From positions 1,664,001 to 1,728,000 of the forward strand of contig OY970296.1 of assembly GCA_963716175.1 (NCBI GenBank): 64,000 bases of DNA. Reading direction: 5' to 3'. This document shows positions 1 through 9,339 of the stretch, one piece after another. Positions within the stretch are counted from its first letter, which is position 1. Each line of letters begins with the position of its first letter. The translations under genes and the position numbers were made by a program. Source of the DNA: an uncultured Armatimonadetes bacterium (GTDB taxonomy: Bacteria > Armatimonadota > Hebobacteria > Hebobacterales > Hebobacteraceae). The notes below the pieces were generated by a model. It did not search any database, was not told where the DNA came from, and saw nothing but the letters and a program-made list of their open reading frames with translations.

Positions 1-13
1 CGGCCAGGGGCGG

Positions 14-2899
14 GTGGTGGGCCTGGCCTACCACAACTATGGTCTCTTCCCGGAGCTGGCGGCGAAGCGCGGGGAGCTGAACGAGAACTTCTGGGAGTAT
101 CTGTTCAGCCTGCTGATGCGCGCCATGGTCTGGGCGGCGGGCAAGGAGCCGGAGGTGAGACTCCACGCCATCGAACCGTCCCGCCGCCGCTCCCTGGAGG
201 GGCCGACGGGGACGGTCAGGCTTCGGCTGTCCAACGCCGGCCAGCCGGCGCGGGCGCGGGTGGCGGTAACTTTCCGCGACCATGAGCGCGTGGTGGAGGC
301 GGAGACGGCGAGGGTGATCGTTGTCCCCCACGGGGAGGCGGAGGTGAGCTTCCCCTTGCCTGCGGGCGCGCCGGCGAGCGGCCAGCATTTCCTGGATGCG
401 ATCGTGAGCGCGGCCGGGAGGAAGCAAGACTGGGGCACCGGGACCTACCAGGCGCGGCCGAGGGCCCGGGTGGTGAAGGTGACGCCGGAGGCGGAGGCGG
501 TGGCCGCGGGGGACAGCCTGACCGGCCGGGTGCGGCTGGCCGGGGAAGTCCGCGGCCTGACGCTGGTGGCGGAGCTGTGGGACCTGAACGGGCGCTTGCT
601 ATCCAGGCAAGAGAGCAAGGTGAGGGGCCGGGAGATGCGCTTTCGGCTGTCGTGCCTGGAGGCGCTGTCGAACCTGGGGTGGGTCAAGTGCCGCCTGCTG
701 GATGGAGAGAGATTCGTGAGCGAGGGGAGAGCGCAGGTGGCGCTCACTGCACCCCGGCGCAAGTGGCAGGATTACGAGGTGGTGCTGCCGTGGCTGCATC
801 ACGGGCTGTGGCCGTGGACGGAGGCGCTGGAAGGGCAGTATCGCCACGCGGGGATCACCAGCACTTCCGATCCCCAGTGGAACTTCCCGCTGACGGTCTC
901 CATGCACCCACCGGGGTTTGGCATCTACTGGTTCCGCCGCCAGGCCTACCTGGAGCAGAAGAAGCGCTACGGCGAGACCAAAGATCGGAAGTACCTGGCG
1001 CGGGTGCCGTGCATGCACACGGATGAGTTCCGCAAGCCGGTGGCGCGGGCGCTGCGCCGGGGCATTCCGCCCATTCTGAAGTACAGCCCGCTGGCCTACT
1101 TCATCGCGGACGAGTCCTCCGTCACCTGCTATGAGGACGCGTTTGACCTGTGCTGGAGCGAGGCCACGCTGTCTGAGTTCCGGAAGTGGCTGCGGCGGCA
1201 GTATCGCACCCTGGAGGCCTTGAACGCGGAGTGGGGCACTCGCTATCGCACCTGGGAGCAGGTGATGCCGGCCACCTGGGAGGAGGCGCAGCGCAGGGGG
1301 AACCCGGCGCCCTGGGTGGATCATCGGCTCTTCATGAACCGCACCCTGGCCGCGGGGTTCGATTACGCGTGGCGGGTGGCGCAGCGGGTTGACCCGCGGG
1401 GCCTGGTGACGGTCTCGGGGACGCAACTGCCGGGATCGCACAATGGCTGCGACTGGTCGCAGATGGACAAGATCATCGAGTACCTCCAGCCCTATGATGT
1501 GGGCGGGCAGTTGGAGATGCACCGGTCGTTCAACCCGGAGATGATACTGACCGGGTTCACCGGCTACTCTCTCTTCGGGCCTCCCCTGGAGCATCAGGTC
1601 TGGCACCGGTTCTTCCACAGCCACCGGGGGGCCTCGATCTTCTGGGGCTACACGATACTCGACCCGGACCTGGGCCTCAGCCCGCAGGGCCGATCTCTGG
1701 CCAAGTCCTTCGGCGAGCTGCGGGGGGAGGGGATCTTCCGCGCCATCAGCGGGATGCGCCGCGCACACGACAGGATCGCGCTCCACTTCTCCATGGCGAG
1801 CGGGCACGTGTGGTGGATACAGGATGGGAAGCTGAGCTATCAGGGGATGGAGTACGGCCGGCGCAGCTCGCCCAGCTTCAGCCGCTTCATCCAGAATCGG
1901 GAGGGATGGACTGCGGCGCTGGAGGACATGGGGTATCAGTATGACTATGTGGCCTATGACGCGGTGGAGGAAGGCGCGCTGGCCGAGCGCGGCTTCAAGG
2001 CCCTGGTGCTGCCGGGTTCGATCGCGCTCTCGGAGAAGGAGGCGAGGCAGATTCGCGCCTTCGTCAAGGGCGGCGGGCTGCTGATCGCCGATGTCAAACC
2101 CGGGCAGACGGATGGGCATGGCAAGGGGCTGGCGCCAGGCGCGCTGGACGATGTCTTCGCCGCCGCTGGCTGTGGTAGGGGCAGGGCGGTGGTGCTGGAC
2201 CGGTGGTTCGACCAGTACGATGAGGCGCGCTGGGGACCGGAAGGAGACAAGCTGCGAGGGTTGGTGCTGGCCGAGCTGGAGAAGGCCAGGATCAGGCCGC
2301 GCGCGGTGGTGACAGGGAGGGATGGCCAGCATCCGCCGGCGGTCGAGCGGGTGAGCTGGCGGGGCGGGCGAGTGGAGGTGCTGGGCCTGTTGCGGGAGGC
2401 CAGTGGACGGCACCAGCTTCAGGCCGACGGAACGTTCAAGTACGAGATGAGCGAAGGGGCGAAGCCTGTGGAGCCGGTGCACGTGAGGCTGCCGCGGCGA
2501 GGGCACTGGTACGATCTGCGCGGCCACCGGCATCTGGGCGAGGTCGCGGAGATCAGAGCCAGCCTGAGGGGGGCGGACCCGAAGCTGTATGGGATGCTGC
2601 CCTACGAGGTGCGGGGCCTGGAAATGACGCTGATACCCGGCCGGAAGCGCGGGGAAACGGTGCGCTACCGGGTGCAGGTGAAGGCCAGGGCGGAGCGGCT
2701 GGTGAGGCATGTGGTGAAGATCGAGGTGTTCGGACCGGATGGCAAGAAGCCGCTGTACTGTCGTAATCTGGACGCCCGCGCTGGCGTGGGCGAGGGCGAG
2801 TTCCGGCTGGCGCTCAACGATGCCAGCGGGCGGTGGCGGCTGGTGGCGACGGAAGTGTTCTCGGGGGCGAGGGCGGAGAAGAGGTGGAGGGTCACATGA
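14..2899 (+). CDS. Beta-galactosidase (GH42-like) family protein with trimerisation-like domain; probably 5'-truncated by window edge
   Basis: 961-aa ORF. EFRKWLRRQYRTLEALNAEWGT and WVDHRLFM segments are GH42-like; GYQYDYV...KALVLPGSIALS...FVKGGGLLIAD resembles the GATase-like trimerisation domain. Confidence 0.65.
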   Translation: MVGLAYHNYGLFPELAAKRGELNENFWEYLFSLLMRAMVWAAGKEPEVRLHAIEPSRRRSLEGPTGTVRLRLSNAGQPARARVAVTFRDHERVVEAETARVIVVPHGEAEVSFPLPAGAPASGQHFLDAIVSAAGRKQDWGTGTYQARPRARVVKVTPEAEAVAAGDSLTGRVRLAGEVRGLTLVAELWDLNGRLLSRQESKVRGREMRFRLSCLEALSNLGWVKCRLLDGERFVSEGRAQVALTAPRRKWQDYEVVLPWLHHGLWPWTEALEGQYRHAGITSTSDPQWNFPLTVSMHPPGFGIYWFRRQAYLEQKKRYGETKDRKYLARVPCMHTDEFRKPVARALRRGIPPILKYSPLAYFIADESSVTCYEDAFDLCWSEATLSEFRKWLRRQYRTLEALNAEWGTRYRTWEQVMPATWEEAQRRGNPAPWVDHRLFMNRTLAAGFDYAWRVAQRVDPRGLVTVSGTQLPGSHNGCDWSQMDKIIEYLQPYDVGGQLEMHRSFNPEMILTGFTGYSLFGPPLEHQVWHRFFHSHRGASIFWGYTILDPDLGLSPQGRSLAKSFGELRGEGIFRAISGMRRAHDRIALHFSMASGHVWWIQDGKLSYQGMEYGRRSSPSFSRFIQNREGWTAALEDMGYQYDYVAYDAVEEGALAERGFKALVLPGSIALSEKEARQIRAFVKGGGLLIADVKPGQTDGHGKGLAPGALDDVFAAAGCGRGRAVVLDRWFDQYDEARWGPEGDKLRGLVLAELEKARIRPRAVVTGRDGQHPPAVERVSWRGGRVEVLGLLREASGRHQLQADGTFKYEMSEGAKPVEPVHVRLPRRGHWYDLRGHRHLGEVAEIRASLRGADPKLYGMLPYEVRGLEMTLIPGRKRGETVRYRVQVKARAERLVRHVVKIEVFGPDGKKPLYCRNLDARAGVGEGEFRLALNDASGRWRLVATEVFSGARAEKRWRVT

Positions 2900-3012
2900 A
2901 CGGCGGGCATGCTTGGTTGCCTCCGGCGACCCGAGACATGCCCGCCCTACAGAAGAGGGATCGAGTGTTGGGGTGAGAAGATAGGCGGAAACCTGGAGCT
3001 GAGGAGAGCACC

Positions 3013-3825
3013 ATGAAGATCGGGGCGATGACGACTTCGTTTCGCAAGCCATTTCAGGAGAGCCTGGAGGCGGCGGCCGCGTTGAAGGTGGACGGAGTGC
3101 AGATCTGGGCCACCAATCTGACGTACTACGATCCCGACCACGCGGTGGGGGAGCTGGATCCGGACCTGACCACGGAGGCCCAGAAGAAGGAACTGCTGGC
3201 CACGCTGAAGCGGCTGAACCTGGAGATAGCCGCGCTCTGCGGCGATCTGGGCCGGGGGTTCATCAAACCGGATCACATCGCCGAGGATGTGGCGAAGACC
3301 AAGCGCATGCTCGATTTCGCCAAATCGCTGGGAGTGAAGGTGCTGACCTCCCATATCGGCCGCATCCCGGATGACCCGAAGGACCCCGGGTACCGCACCG
3401 CGGCGGAGTCGCTGGAGGAGATCGGCGCGCATGGCGACAAGGTGGGTGTGTTCTTTGCCAGCGAGACCGGCCCGGAGGCCGGAGCGGCGCTGGCCGCGTT
3501 TCTGCGCGGGCTGAAAGCGAAGTCCATCAAGGTCAACTACGATCCTGCGAACATGGTGATGAGGGGATTCGACCCGGTGCAGGGCGCGTACGATCTGGCC
3601 GGTTTCATCGTCCACACTCACGCCAAGGATGGCATCGGGCCGGGGCCGAAGCGGGGAGAGGTGCCATTGGGCGAGGGCGAGGTCCCGTGGCCGCGGTACC
3701 TGAAGGCGCTGAAGGATATTGGCTATGACGGCTACCTCACCATCGAGCGGGAGGTCGGCGAGAACCCGGCGGCCGACATCACCACCGCGGCAAAGTTCCT
3801 GAGGCAGGAGTTGGGAAAGCTGTAG
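3013..3825 (+). CDS. Sugar phosphate isomerase/epimerase (xylose isomerase-like TIM barrel)
   Basis: ASETGPE, NYDPAN, HTHAKD, GEGEVPW and LTIERE metal-binding motifs; GAGGAG RBS upstream. Confidence 0.85.
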   Translation: MKIGAMTTSFRKPFQESLEAAAALKVDGVQIWATNLTYYDPDHAVGELDPDLTTEAQKKELLATLKRLNLEIAALCGDLGRGFIKPDHIAEDVAKTKRMLDFAKSLGVKVLTSHIGRIPDDPKDPGYRTAAESLEEIGAHGDKVGVFFASETGPEAGAALAAFLRGLKAKSIKVNYDPANMVMRGFDPVQGAYDLAGFIVHTHAKDGIGPGPKRGEVPLGEGEVPWPRYLKALKDIGYDGYLTIEREVGENPAADITTAAKFLRQELGKL

Positions 3826-3947
3826 GGGCTGTAGGGCGGGGTCCCCTGACCCCGCCGGGCTCCTCTGTCATCCTTTGCTGCGCGCTCGCTCAGAATGACA
3901 GCCGCGGCGAGCCAGTCTTTGCGGTCATACCTCGGGCCGCCCCGCCG

Positions 3948-3976
3948 TTGACATGCCCCGCCCGGCCGGGTATGAT
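3948..3976 (+). promoter_or_regulatory. sigma70-type promoter of the rpmE operon
   Basis: TTGACA (3948-3953), 17-bp spacer, TATGAT (3971-3976). Confidence 0.8.
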
Positions 3977-4086
3977 AGCTGGTGGGTGGGGTGTGAGTGT
4001 TCCCAGGGCTGCGGCTATGCCGCAGCTTGCGCGGGGGTGGCGTCTTTTGTCGCGTGCGCCTTCGGCGCACGCCCAGGAGCTGAGCG

Positions 4087-4365
4087 ATGAAGGACAAGAT
4101 TCACCCCAAGTACGTGCCCGCGCGGGTGAGCTGCGCGTGCGGCAATAGCTTCGTGACTCGCGCCACCGTCCCGGAGATCCGGGTTGATATCTGCGCCAAC
4201 TGCCATCCTTTCTACACCGGACGGCAGAAGATCGTGGATACGGAGGGGCGGGTGGAGCGGTTCCAGCAGCGCTACGCGCGCTACGAGAGCAAAGTCAAGG
4301 AGGCCAAGGCCCGCCAGGCGAAGCCGGCCGCGCGGGCGAAGGCTCCGGCCGAACGCGCCGGCTAG
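4087..4365 (+). CDS. rpmE: 50S ribosomal protein L31 (zinc-binding type)
   Basis: MKDKIHPKY...CACG...[15 protein letters not shown]...GRVERF. Confidence 0.97.
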   Translation: MKDKIHPKYVPARVSCACGNSFVTRATVPEIRVDICANCHPFYTGRQKIVDTEGRVERFQQRYARYESKVKEAKARQAKPAARAKAPAERAG

Positions 4366-4383
4366 ATCGGGGGCGGCCGGCCG

Positions 4384-5346
4384 ATGGCCGACGAGCACGT
4401 GTCCCAAAGGGGCCAGGCCGTTAGCACGGGGGTAGGGAGTGCTCCTCCGCCGCAGGCGGAAGAGCACTTCTCATATGGGGGCCAGGCCGTGATCGAGGGG
4501 GTGATGATCCGGGGCCGCAAGGGGTATGCCACCGCGGTCCGGCTGGCGAGCGGGGAGATCGAGGTGGGGAAGCAGGCCTGGGAGCCCCTCGCCAGGCGCC
4601 ATCGGCTGCTCAGACTTCCCATCATCCGCGGCACCCCGGCTCTGATTGACGCAGTGCTGATCGGCTATCGCGCGCTGATCGCCTCGGCGGATGCGGCCTC
4701 GCGGGGAGAGGGGATAAAGCCGCCAAGCGCGTGGCACTACGCTCTCTCCATCGTGGTGGCGCTGGCGATTGCCATCGGGGGCTTCGTGCTCCTGCCCAGC
4801 GCAGTCATCCCGAGCGTACGGGAGCAATCTCTTGCCGCCATGCTTGGCAAGAACTTGCTGGAGGGCGCGATCCGGCTGATCGTGTTCGTGCTGTTCATCT
4901 ATGGGGCCTCGCTGATGCCGGACATGCGGCGGGTGTTCCAGTACCACGGGGCGGAGCACAAGGTGATCCACGCCTATGAGGGCACGGGGCGGTACAGTGT
5001 GGCGGAGGCGGCGTCCTATCGCACTCTCCACCAGCGCTGCGGCACGGCCTTCATCTTCATGGTCCTGTTCGTGGGCATCCTGGTGCATGCGCTGCTGGGG
5101 TGGCCTCCGCTGAAGTGGCGGCTGCTGTCGCGCCTGGTGGTGCTGCCCATCGTGGCCGGGATCGCCTATGAGCTGATCAAGCTGGCCGGGGCGCACAAGG
5201 AGTCGCGGCTGCTGGGGGCGCTGGTGGCGCCGGGGATGCTGCTGCAGAGGATCACCACGCGGCAGCCGACCGACGACCAGGTGGAGGTGGCGATTCGGGC
5301 CCTGGATGGGGCGCTGGAGTTGGACGGGGTGAAGGCGAGCGTGTGA
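4384..5346 (+). CDS. DUF1385 family membrane protein
   Basis: [20 protein letters not shown] and RCGT motifs; usual position between rpmE and prfA/prmC. Confidence 0.9.
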   Translation: MADEHVSQRGQAVSTGVGSAPPPQAEEHFSYGGQAVIEGVMIRGRKGYATAVRLASGEIEVGKQAWEPLARRHRLLRLPIIRGTPALIDAVLIGYRALIASADAASRGEGIKPPSAWHYALSIVVALAIAIGGFVLLPSAVIPSVREQSLAAMLGKNLLEGAIRLIVFVLFIYGASLMPDMRRVFQYHGAEHKVIHAYEGTGRYSVAEAASYRTLHQRCGTAFIFMVLFVGILVHALLGWPPLKWRLLSRLVVLPIVAGIAYELIKLAGAHKESRLLGALVAPGMLLQRITTRQPTDDQVEVAIRALDGALELDGVKASV

Positions 5347-5347
5347 G

Positions 5348-6430
5348 ATGCTGAATCCGAACTTGCGAGAGAAGCTGCCGGAGCTGTCCCACCAGTACGA
5401 CGAACTGGGGGAGCAGTTGGGCCGGCCGGAGGTGGTGTCCGATCCCCGGCGGAGGCGGGAGGTCGGCAAGGCGCGGGCGCGGCTGGAGCCAGTGGTGAAC
5501 TCCTTTCGGGAGCTGGTGCAGGTGGAGGGGGATATCGCGGAGGCGGAGGCCCTGCTGGCGGAGGAGAGCGACCCGGAGCTGGCGGAGGAGCTGGGCCGGC
5601 TGAGGCAGCGAGAGGTGGAGCTGGCCGCGCACCTGGAGGAGGAGTTGGCGCCCCGCGACCCCGACAATGACCGGGACTGCATCGTGGAAATCCGCGCCGG
5701 CACCGGAGGAGAGGAGGCGGCGCTCTTCGCCGGGGATCTGCTCAAGATGTATATGCGCTACGCCGAGCAGGCCGGATGGCAGGTGGAGCTGCTGAGCCGG
5801 AACCCCGGAGATATCGGTGGGTACAAAGAGGTGGTGCTCTCGCTGAAGGGGCGGCGGGCGTTCGGGCAGCTCAAGCACGAGCGGGGAGTGCACCGGGTGC
5901 AGCGGGTGCCGGTGACGGAAGCCTCGGGGCGGATTCACACCTCGGCCGCCACAGTGGCGGTGCTGCCGGAGGTGGAGGAGGTGGAGGTGGAGATGAACCC
6001 GGCCAATCTACATATTGATACGTACCGCTCGGCGGGCGCCGGCGGCCAGAACGTGCAGAAGAACGAAACCGCAGTCCGGATCACGCATAAGCCCACCGGC
6101 CTGGTGGTGGCCTGCCAGGACGAGCGCTCGCAGCTCCAGAACCGGGAGAAGGCGCTGCGAGTGCTGCGGGCGCGGCTGTACGAGATGGCGCGGGCCCAGC
6201 AGGAGGCGGAGATCGCGCAGGCGCGCCGCTCTCAGGTCGGGACCGGCGACCGCAGCGAGAAGATCCGCACCTACAACTATCCCCAGGGGCGGGTGACCGA
6301 CCACCGGCTGGGCCGGAGCTGGCACAACTTGGCTGCGATCATGGAGGGGGGCATTGGGCCTATCCTGGAGGCGCTGGCGGAGCAGGATCGGCTGCAGCGG
6401 ATGAGCAGGGCGGTGCCGGGAACGACGTAA
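5348..6430 (+). CDS. prfA: Peptide chain release factor 1
   Basis: [20 protein letters not shown] (PxT), GAGGQNV (GGQ), [12 protein letters not shown]. Confidence 0.97.
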   Translation: MLNPNLREKLPELSHQYDELGEQLGRPEVVSDPRRRREVGKARARLEPVVNSFRELVQVEGDIAEAEALLAEESDPELAEELGRLRQREVELAAHLEEELAPRDPDNDRDCIVEIRAGTGGEEAALFAGDLLKMYMRYAEQAGWQVELLSRNPGDIGGYKEVVLSLKGRRAFGQLKHERGVHRVQRVPVTEASGRIHTSAATVAVLPEVEEVEVEMNPANLHIDTYRSAGAGGQNVQKNETAVRITHKPTGLVVACQDERSQLQNREKALRVLRARLYEMARAQQEAEIAQARRSQVGTGDRSEKIRTYNYPQGRVTDHRLGRSWHNLAAIMEGGIGPILEALAEQDRLQRMSRAVPGTT

Positions 6431-6434
6431 GGGC

Positions 6435-6498
6435 AATCCGCAGATTCCGCAGATTGCACAGATGGTGTTAGGGCGGGCCCATGCGGGCCCGCCCTAAA
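6435..6498 (+). repeat. (CGCAGATTN)x3 tandem followed by a REP-like palindrome
   Basis: aatccgcagattccgcagattgcacagat then tagggcgggcc...ggcccgcccta; a near-identical module lies at 24700-24755. Confidence 0.75.
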
Positions 6499-6523
6499 AG
6501 GTGGTGTGACGGGAGGTCGCGAC

Positions 6524-7381
6524 ATGAATGTCGCTCCTGCGATATCGGAGGCGGTGGCGCGGTGCGCGGAGCGCTTGGCAGAGGTCGGCATAGAGAGCGC
6601 GCGAACGGAGGCCGAGCTGCTGGTAGGGGCGGCCTTGGACCGGAGCCGCGACTGGCTCTTCCTCCATCCCGATGAGCCCCTCTCGGCCGAGCAGCAAGCT
6701 CACCTCGCCGGCTTGCTGGCGCGCCGCGCCGCCCGCGAGCCCCTCCCCTACATCCTGGGTCGCGCTGAGTTCTATGGCCTCTCATTTCGGGCGACGCCGG
6801 CGGCGATTGTGCCCCGGCCCGAGACCGAGATCCTGGTGGAGGCGGTGGTGGAGCGAGCGCGGGAGGTGGGAGCAGAGGTGGCAGTGGATGTGGGTACGGG
6901 GTGTGGCGCCATCGCAGTGGCGCTGGCGAAGCAGCTTTCAGAGGTGCGCGTGATCGCGATTGACACGTCTCCGGAGGCGCTGCGGCTGGCGCGCGACAAC
7001 TGCCGGGCGCACGGGGTGGCAGATCGGGTGGCGCTGGTGGGCAGTGATCTGCTCAGTGCGATCAGACTCGAAGTGGACTGCGTCGTCGCCAATCTGCCCT
7101 ACATCCGCAGCGATGAGTTCCCGAGCCTCCAGCCGGAGGTGCGCGATTGGGAGCCGCGGGCGGCGCTGGATGGCGGGGAGGATGGGCTCGAGGTGATCCG
7201 TCGCTTCAGCGGTCAGCTCTGGGGCCATCTTCGTACAGGAGGATTCGCCGGTCTGGAGGTGGGCACAGGGCAGGCCGGGGAGGTGGCGAAGCTGCTCCGG
7301 GCTGGCGGACTCGGGGGCATCGAGGTGCTGCGCGATTATGGCGGGATCGAGCGGGTGGTGATCGGCTGGCGCGGCGGATGA
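6524..7381 (+). CDS. prmC: Release factor glutamine methyltransferase
   Basis: EPLPYILG, VPRPETE, DVGTGCG, ANLPYI (NPPY-like), ALDGGEDGL; follows prfA. Confidence 0.95.
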   Translation: MNVAPAISEAVARCAERLAEVGIESARTEAELLVGAALDRSRDWLFLHPDEPLSAEQQAHLAGLLARRAAREPLPYILGRAEFYGLSFRATPAAIVPRPETEILVEAVVERAREVGAEVAVDVGTGCGAIAVALAKQLSEVRVIAIDTSPEALRLARDNCRAHGVADRVALVGSDLLSAIRLEVDCVVANLPYIRSDEFPSLQPEVRDWEPRAALDGGEDGLEVIRRFSGQLWGHLRTGGFAGLEVGTGQAGEVAKLLRAGGLGGIEVLRDYGGIERVVIGWRGG

Positions 7382-7437
7382 GGAGCTGGGCCAAGAGAGC
7401 AGGTCGGCGAGCTGGCGCATGGGAAGGGGTGAAGGCC

Positions 7438-8097
7438 ATGGTGAAGCTGGAGACGCGAGTGCTGGCGGTGGACGCGCACGATCCCGAGCCGCGTGTGATT
7501 GAGGAGGCGGCGCGGGTGATCAGGGCGGGGGGCCTGGTGGTGCTGCCCACGGACACGGTGTACGGGCTGGTGTGCGACCCAGGCCAGCCGGCAGCGGTGG
7601 ACCAGATCTACCAGGTGAAGCAGCGCCACCGCGAGCTGCCGCTGTCACTGCTGCTGCACGATATGGCCCAGGTGAGCGCGTACGTCTACGATGTGCCCGA
7701 GATCGCGGTGCGGGCGATGCAGCAGTTCTGGCCCGGGGCACTGACGGTGATCGTGGGGCGTTGCCGGGAGACGACCGCGGCAGTGTGCGCGGGAAAAGAC
7801 ACCGTGGGCCTGCGGCTGCCGGCTCACGTGGTGCCGAGGCTGGTGGCGGGAAGCGCAGCCTGCGCGCTGGCCAGCACCAGCGCCAATCGCAGCAGACAAC
7901 CGGCCCCGCGCACGGCGGAGGAGGCGGTGGAGCAGCTCGACGGGCTGGTGTCGCTGGTGCTGGACGCGGGCCCTACGCCGGTGGGGCAGGAGTCCACGGT
8001 GGTCAGCTTCGCCGGTGATCCACCGCAGTTGCTGCGGGCGGGCGCCATCTCCCTGGCCCGGCTGCGGGAGGCACTGGGGGAGGTGAGAGCGAAGTAG
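7438..8097 (+). CDS. tsaC: L-threonylcarbamoyladenylate synthase (TsaC/Sua5 YrdC domain)
   Basis: LPTDTVYGL, FWPGALT, STSANRS, ESTVV; start reassigned to ATG 7438. Confidence 0.9.
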   Translation: MVKLETRVLAVDAHDPEPRVIEEAARVIRAGGLVVLPTDTVYGLVCDPGQPAAVDQIYQVKQRHRELPLSLLLHDMAQVSAYVYDVPEIAVRAMQQFWPGALTVIVGRCRETTAAVCAGKDTVGLRLPAHVVPRLVAGSAACALASTSANRSRQPAPRTAEEAVEQLDGLVSLVLDAGPTPVGQESTVVSFAGDPPQLLRAGAISLARLREALGEVRAK

Positions 8098-8124
8098 GCG
8101 GCCACCAAACCCGAGGGAGGAACC

Positions 8125-8634
8125 ATGGAGACTATTGCGGCCATCATGCAGAGGCGAAGCATCCGCAGCTATCTGGCGAGAGCAATCCCGGAAGAGGACT
8201 TGAACACCATTCTGGAGGCGGGCCGGCAGGCCCCCTCGGCGGCCAACCGGCAGCCGTGGCACTTCGTGGTGGTGCGGGAGGAGGGGCAGAAGAAGCGGCT
8301 GGCGGAGGCGTGCTCGGGGCAGAGCTGGATGGCGGAGGCGGATGCCATCATCGCCGGCCTGGGCAAGCCTGCGGTGAACGAGAAGTGGTACCCGGTGGAT
8401 GTGGCGATCGCGCTGGAGAACATGATCGTGGCCGCCACCGCGCTGGGCTACGGGACGTGCTGGGTGGGGGCATTTGACGAGGGGAAGGTGAAGAGCGTGC
8501 TGGGCGTGCCCGATGACGTGCGAGTGGTGGCGCTCACTCCGGTGGGAGCGCCGGCGGACAAACCCGACCGGCGGCCGCGGATGCCCGTTGCGGAGTTCGC
8601 GTCGCGGGACAGGTACGGGGAGAGGTGGAGCTGA
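8125..8634 (+). CDS. Nitroreductase family protein
   Basis: RRSIRSY, APSAANRQPW, GYGTCWVG. Confidence 0.9.
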   Translation: METIAAIMQRRSIRSYLARAIPEEDLNTILEAGRQAPSAANRQPWHFVVVREEGQKKRLAEACSGQSWMAEADAIIAGLGKPAVNEKWYPVDVAIALENMIVAATALGYGTCWVGAFDEGKVKSVLGVPDDVRVVALTPVGAPADKPDRRPRMPVAEFASRDRYGERWS

Positions 8635-8660
8635 GCGAAAGCCGGGCCGCCGCGCCGGCG

Positions 8661-8903
8661 TTAGCGCGCGCTCCGGTAGGCGCGAAGAAACTCGTCCCTA
8701 GTGATAGCTGCCTGGGTGCAGATCGCCCGAAGGGTTGAGCCTTTCAGCGTCGGATGGTTGGGGATGGTCATCGGGGTGATTGAGCCGTCGGGGTTACGCC
8801 GACGGAGTGCGATGTGCTCCGCCTCTCTAACCAGTTCGAAGCCCAGCGACGTCAGGGCGCGGATGACTCGCGCCTTAGGCGCATCCACGGGGAACTTGGT
8901 CAA
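8661..8903 (-). CDS. HicA-family type II toxin
   Basis: 80 aa; LGFELVRE.EHI...TIPNH..LK.STLRAI HicA pattern; overlaps the hicB stop. Confidence 0.85.
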   Translation of the reverse strand: MTKFPVDAPKARVIRALTSLGFELVREAEHIALRRRNPDGSITPMTIPNHPTLKGSTLRAICTQAAITRDEFLRAYRSAR

Positions 8904-9139
8904 ACGAGCGGGACCTCGGTTTCGGCAGTGAAGACCTCCGCGACCTCGCTGGCCTCCTCTAGCACCTCTGGGCCAAAGGTCTGGAGGTGGAAGCGCACCG
9001 CGGATTGCACCTCCCGCAGGGCCTGGTCGTAGCTGTCACCCTGAGCGACGACCACGCCCTTCAGCCCCAGAGGGTAGGCGACGTAGCCATCTTCAGTGCG
9101 CTCGATAACAAGTTTGATCCGCCTTGAGGGGCCAGCCAA
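8900..9139 (-). CDS. HicB-family antitoxin (short, no DNA-binding tail)
   Basis: IERTEDGYVAY...GVVAQGDSYDQAL HicB pattern; AGGAGG RBS before a TTG start, TATAAT upstream. Confidence 0.85.
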   Translation of the reverse strand: MAGPSRRIKLVIERTEDGYVAYPLGLKGVVVAQGDSYDQALREVQSAVRFHLQTFGPEVLEEASEVAEVFTAETEVPLV

Positions 9140-9282
9140 AGCATCCTCCTGTGCCCGCACATTGCCACTCAGGATTATAGCACATCAGTGGGCCTCGCAG
9201 GGTCGCGGTGCGCTCCTGGGCGATCAGGTCTGCTCCCGGGAAACGTCGCAAGGCCCGCATGGGCAGGCCCACCCTACAAAGC

Positions 9283-9312
9283 TCGGAGGCCCGCCTGACG
9301 GCGGGCCTCCGA
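9283..9312 (-). terminator. GC-rich hairpin after the 9340 gene
   Basis: tcggaggcccgcc-tgac-ggcgggcctccga, a perfect 13-bp stem. Confidence 0.5.
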
Positions 9313-9339
9313 TGCGTCACAACCAACAGCTCGTCTCGG

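Noticed and set aside
599-3052. Long antisense ORFs (e.g. 599-3052, 38313-40220, 55321-57357)
   Set aside because: Shadow frames of GC3-biased real genes; no recognisable motifs.
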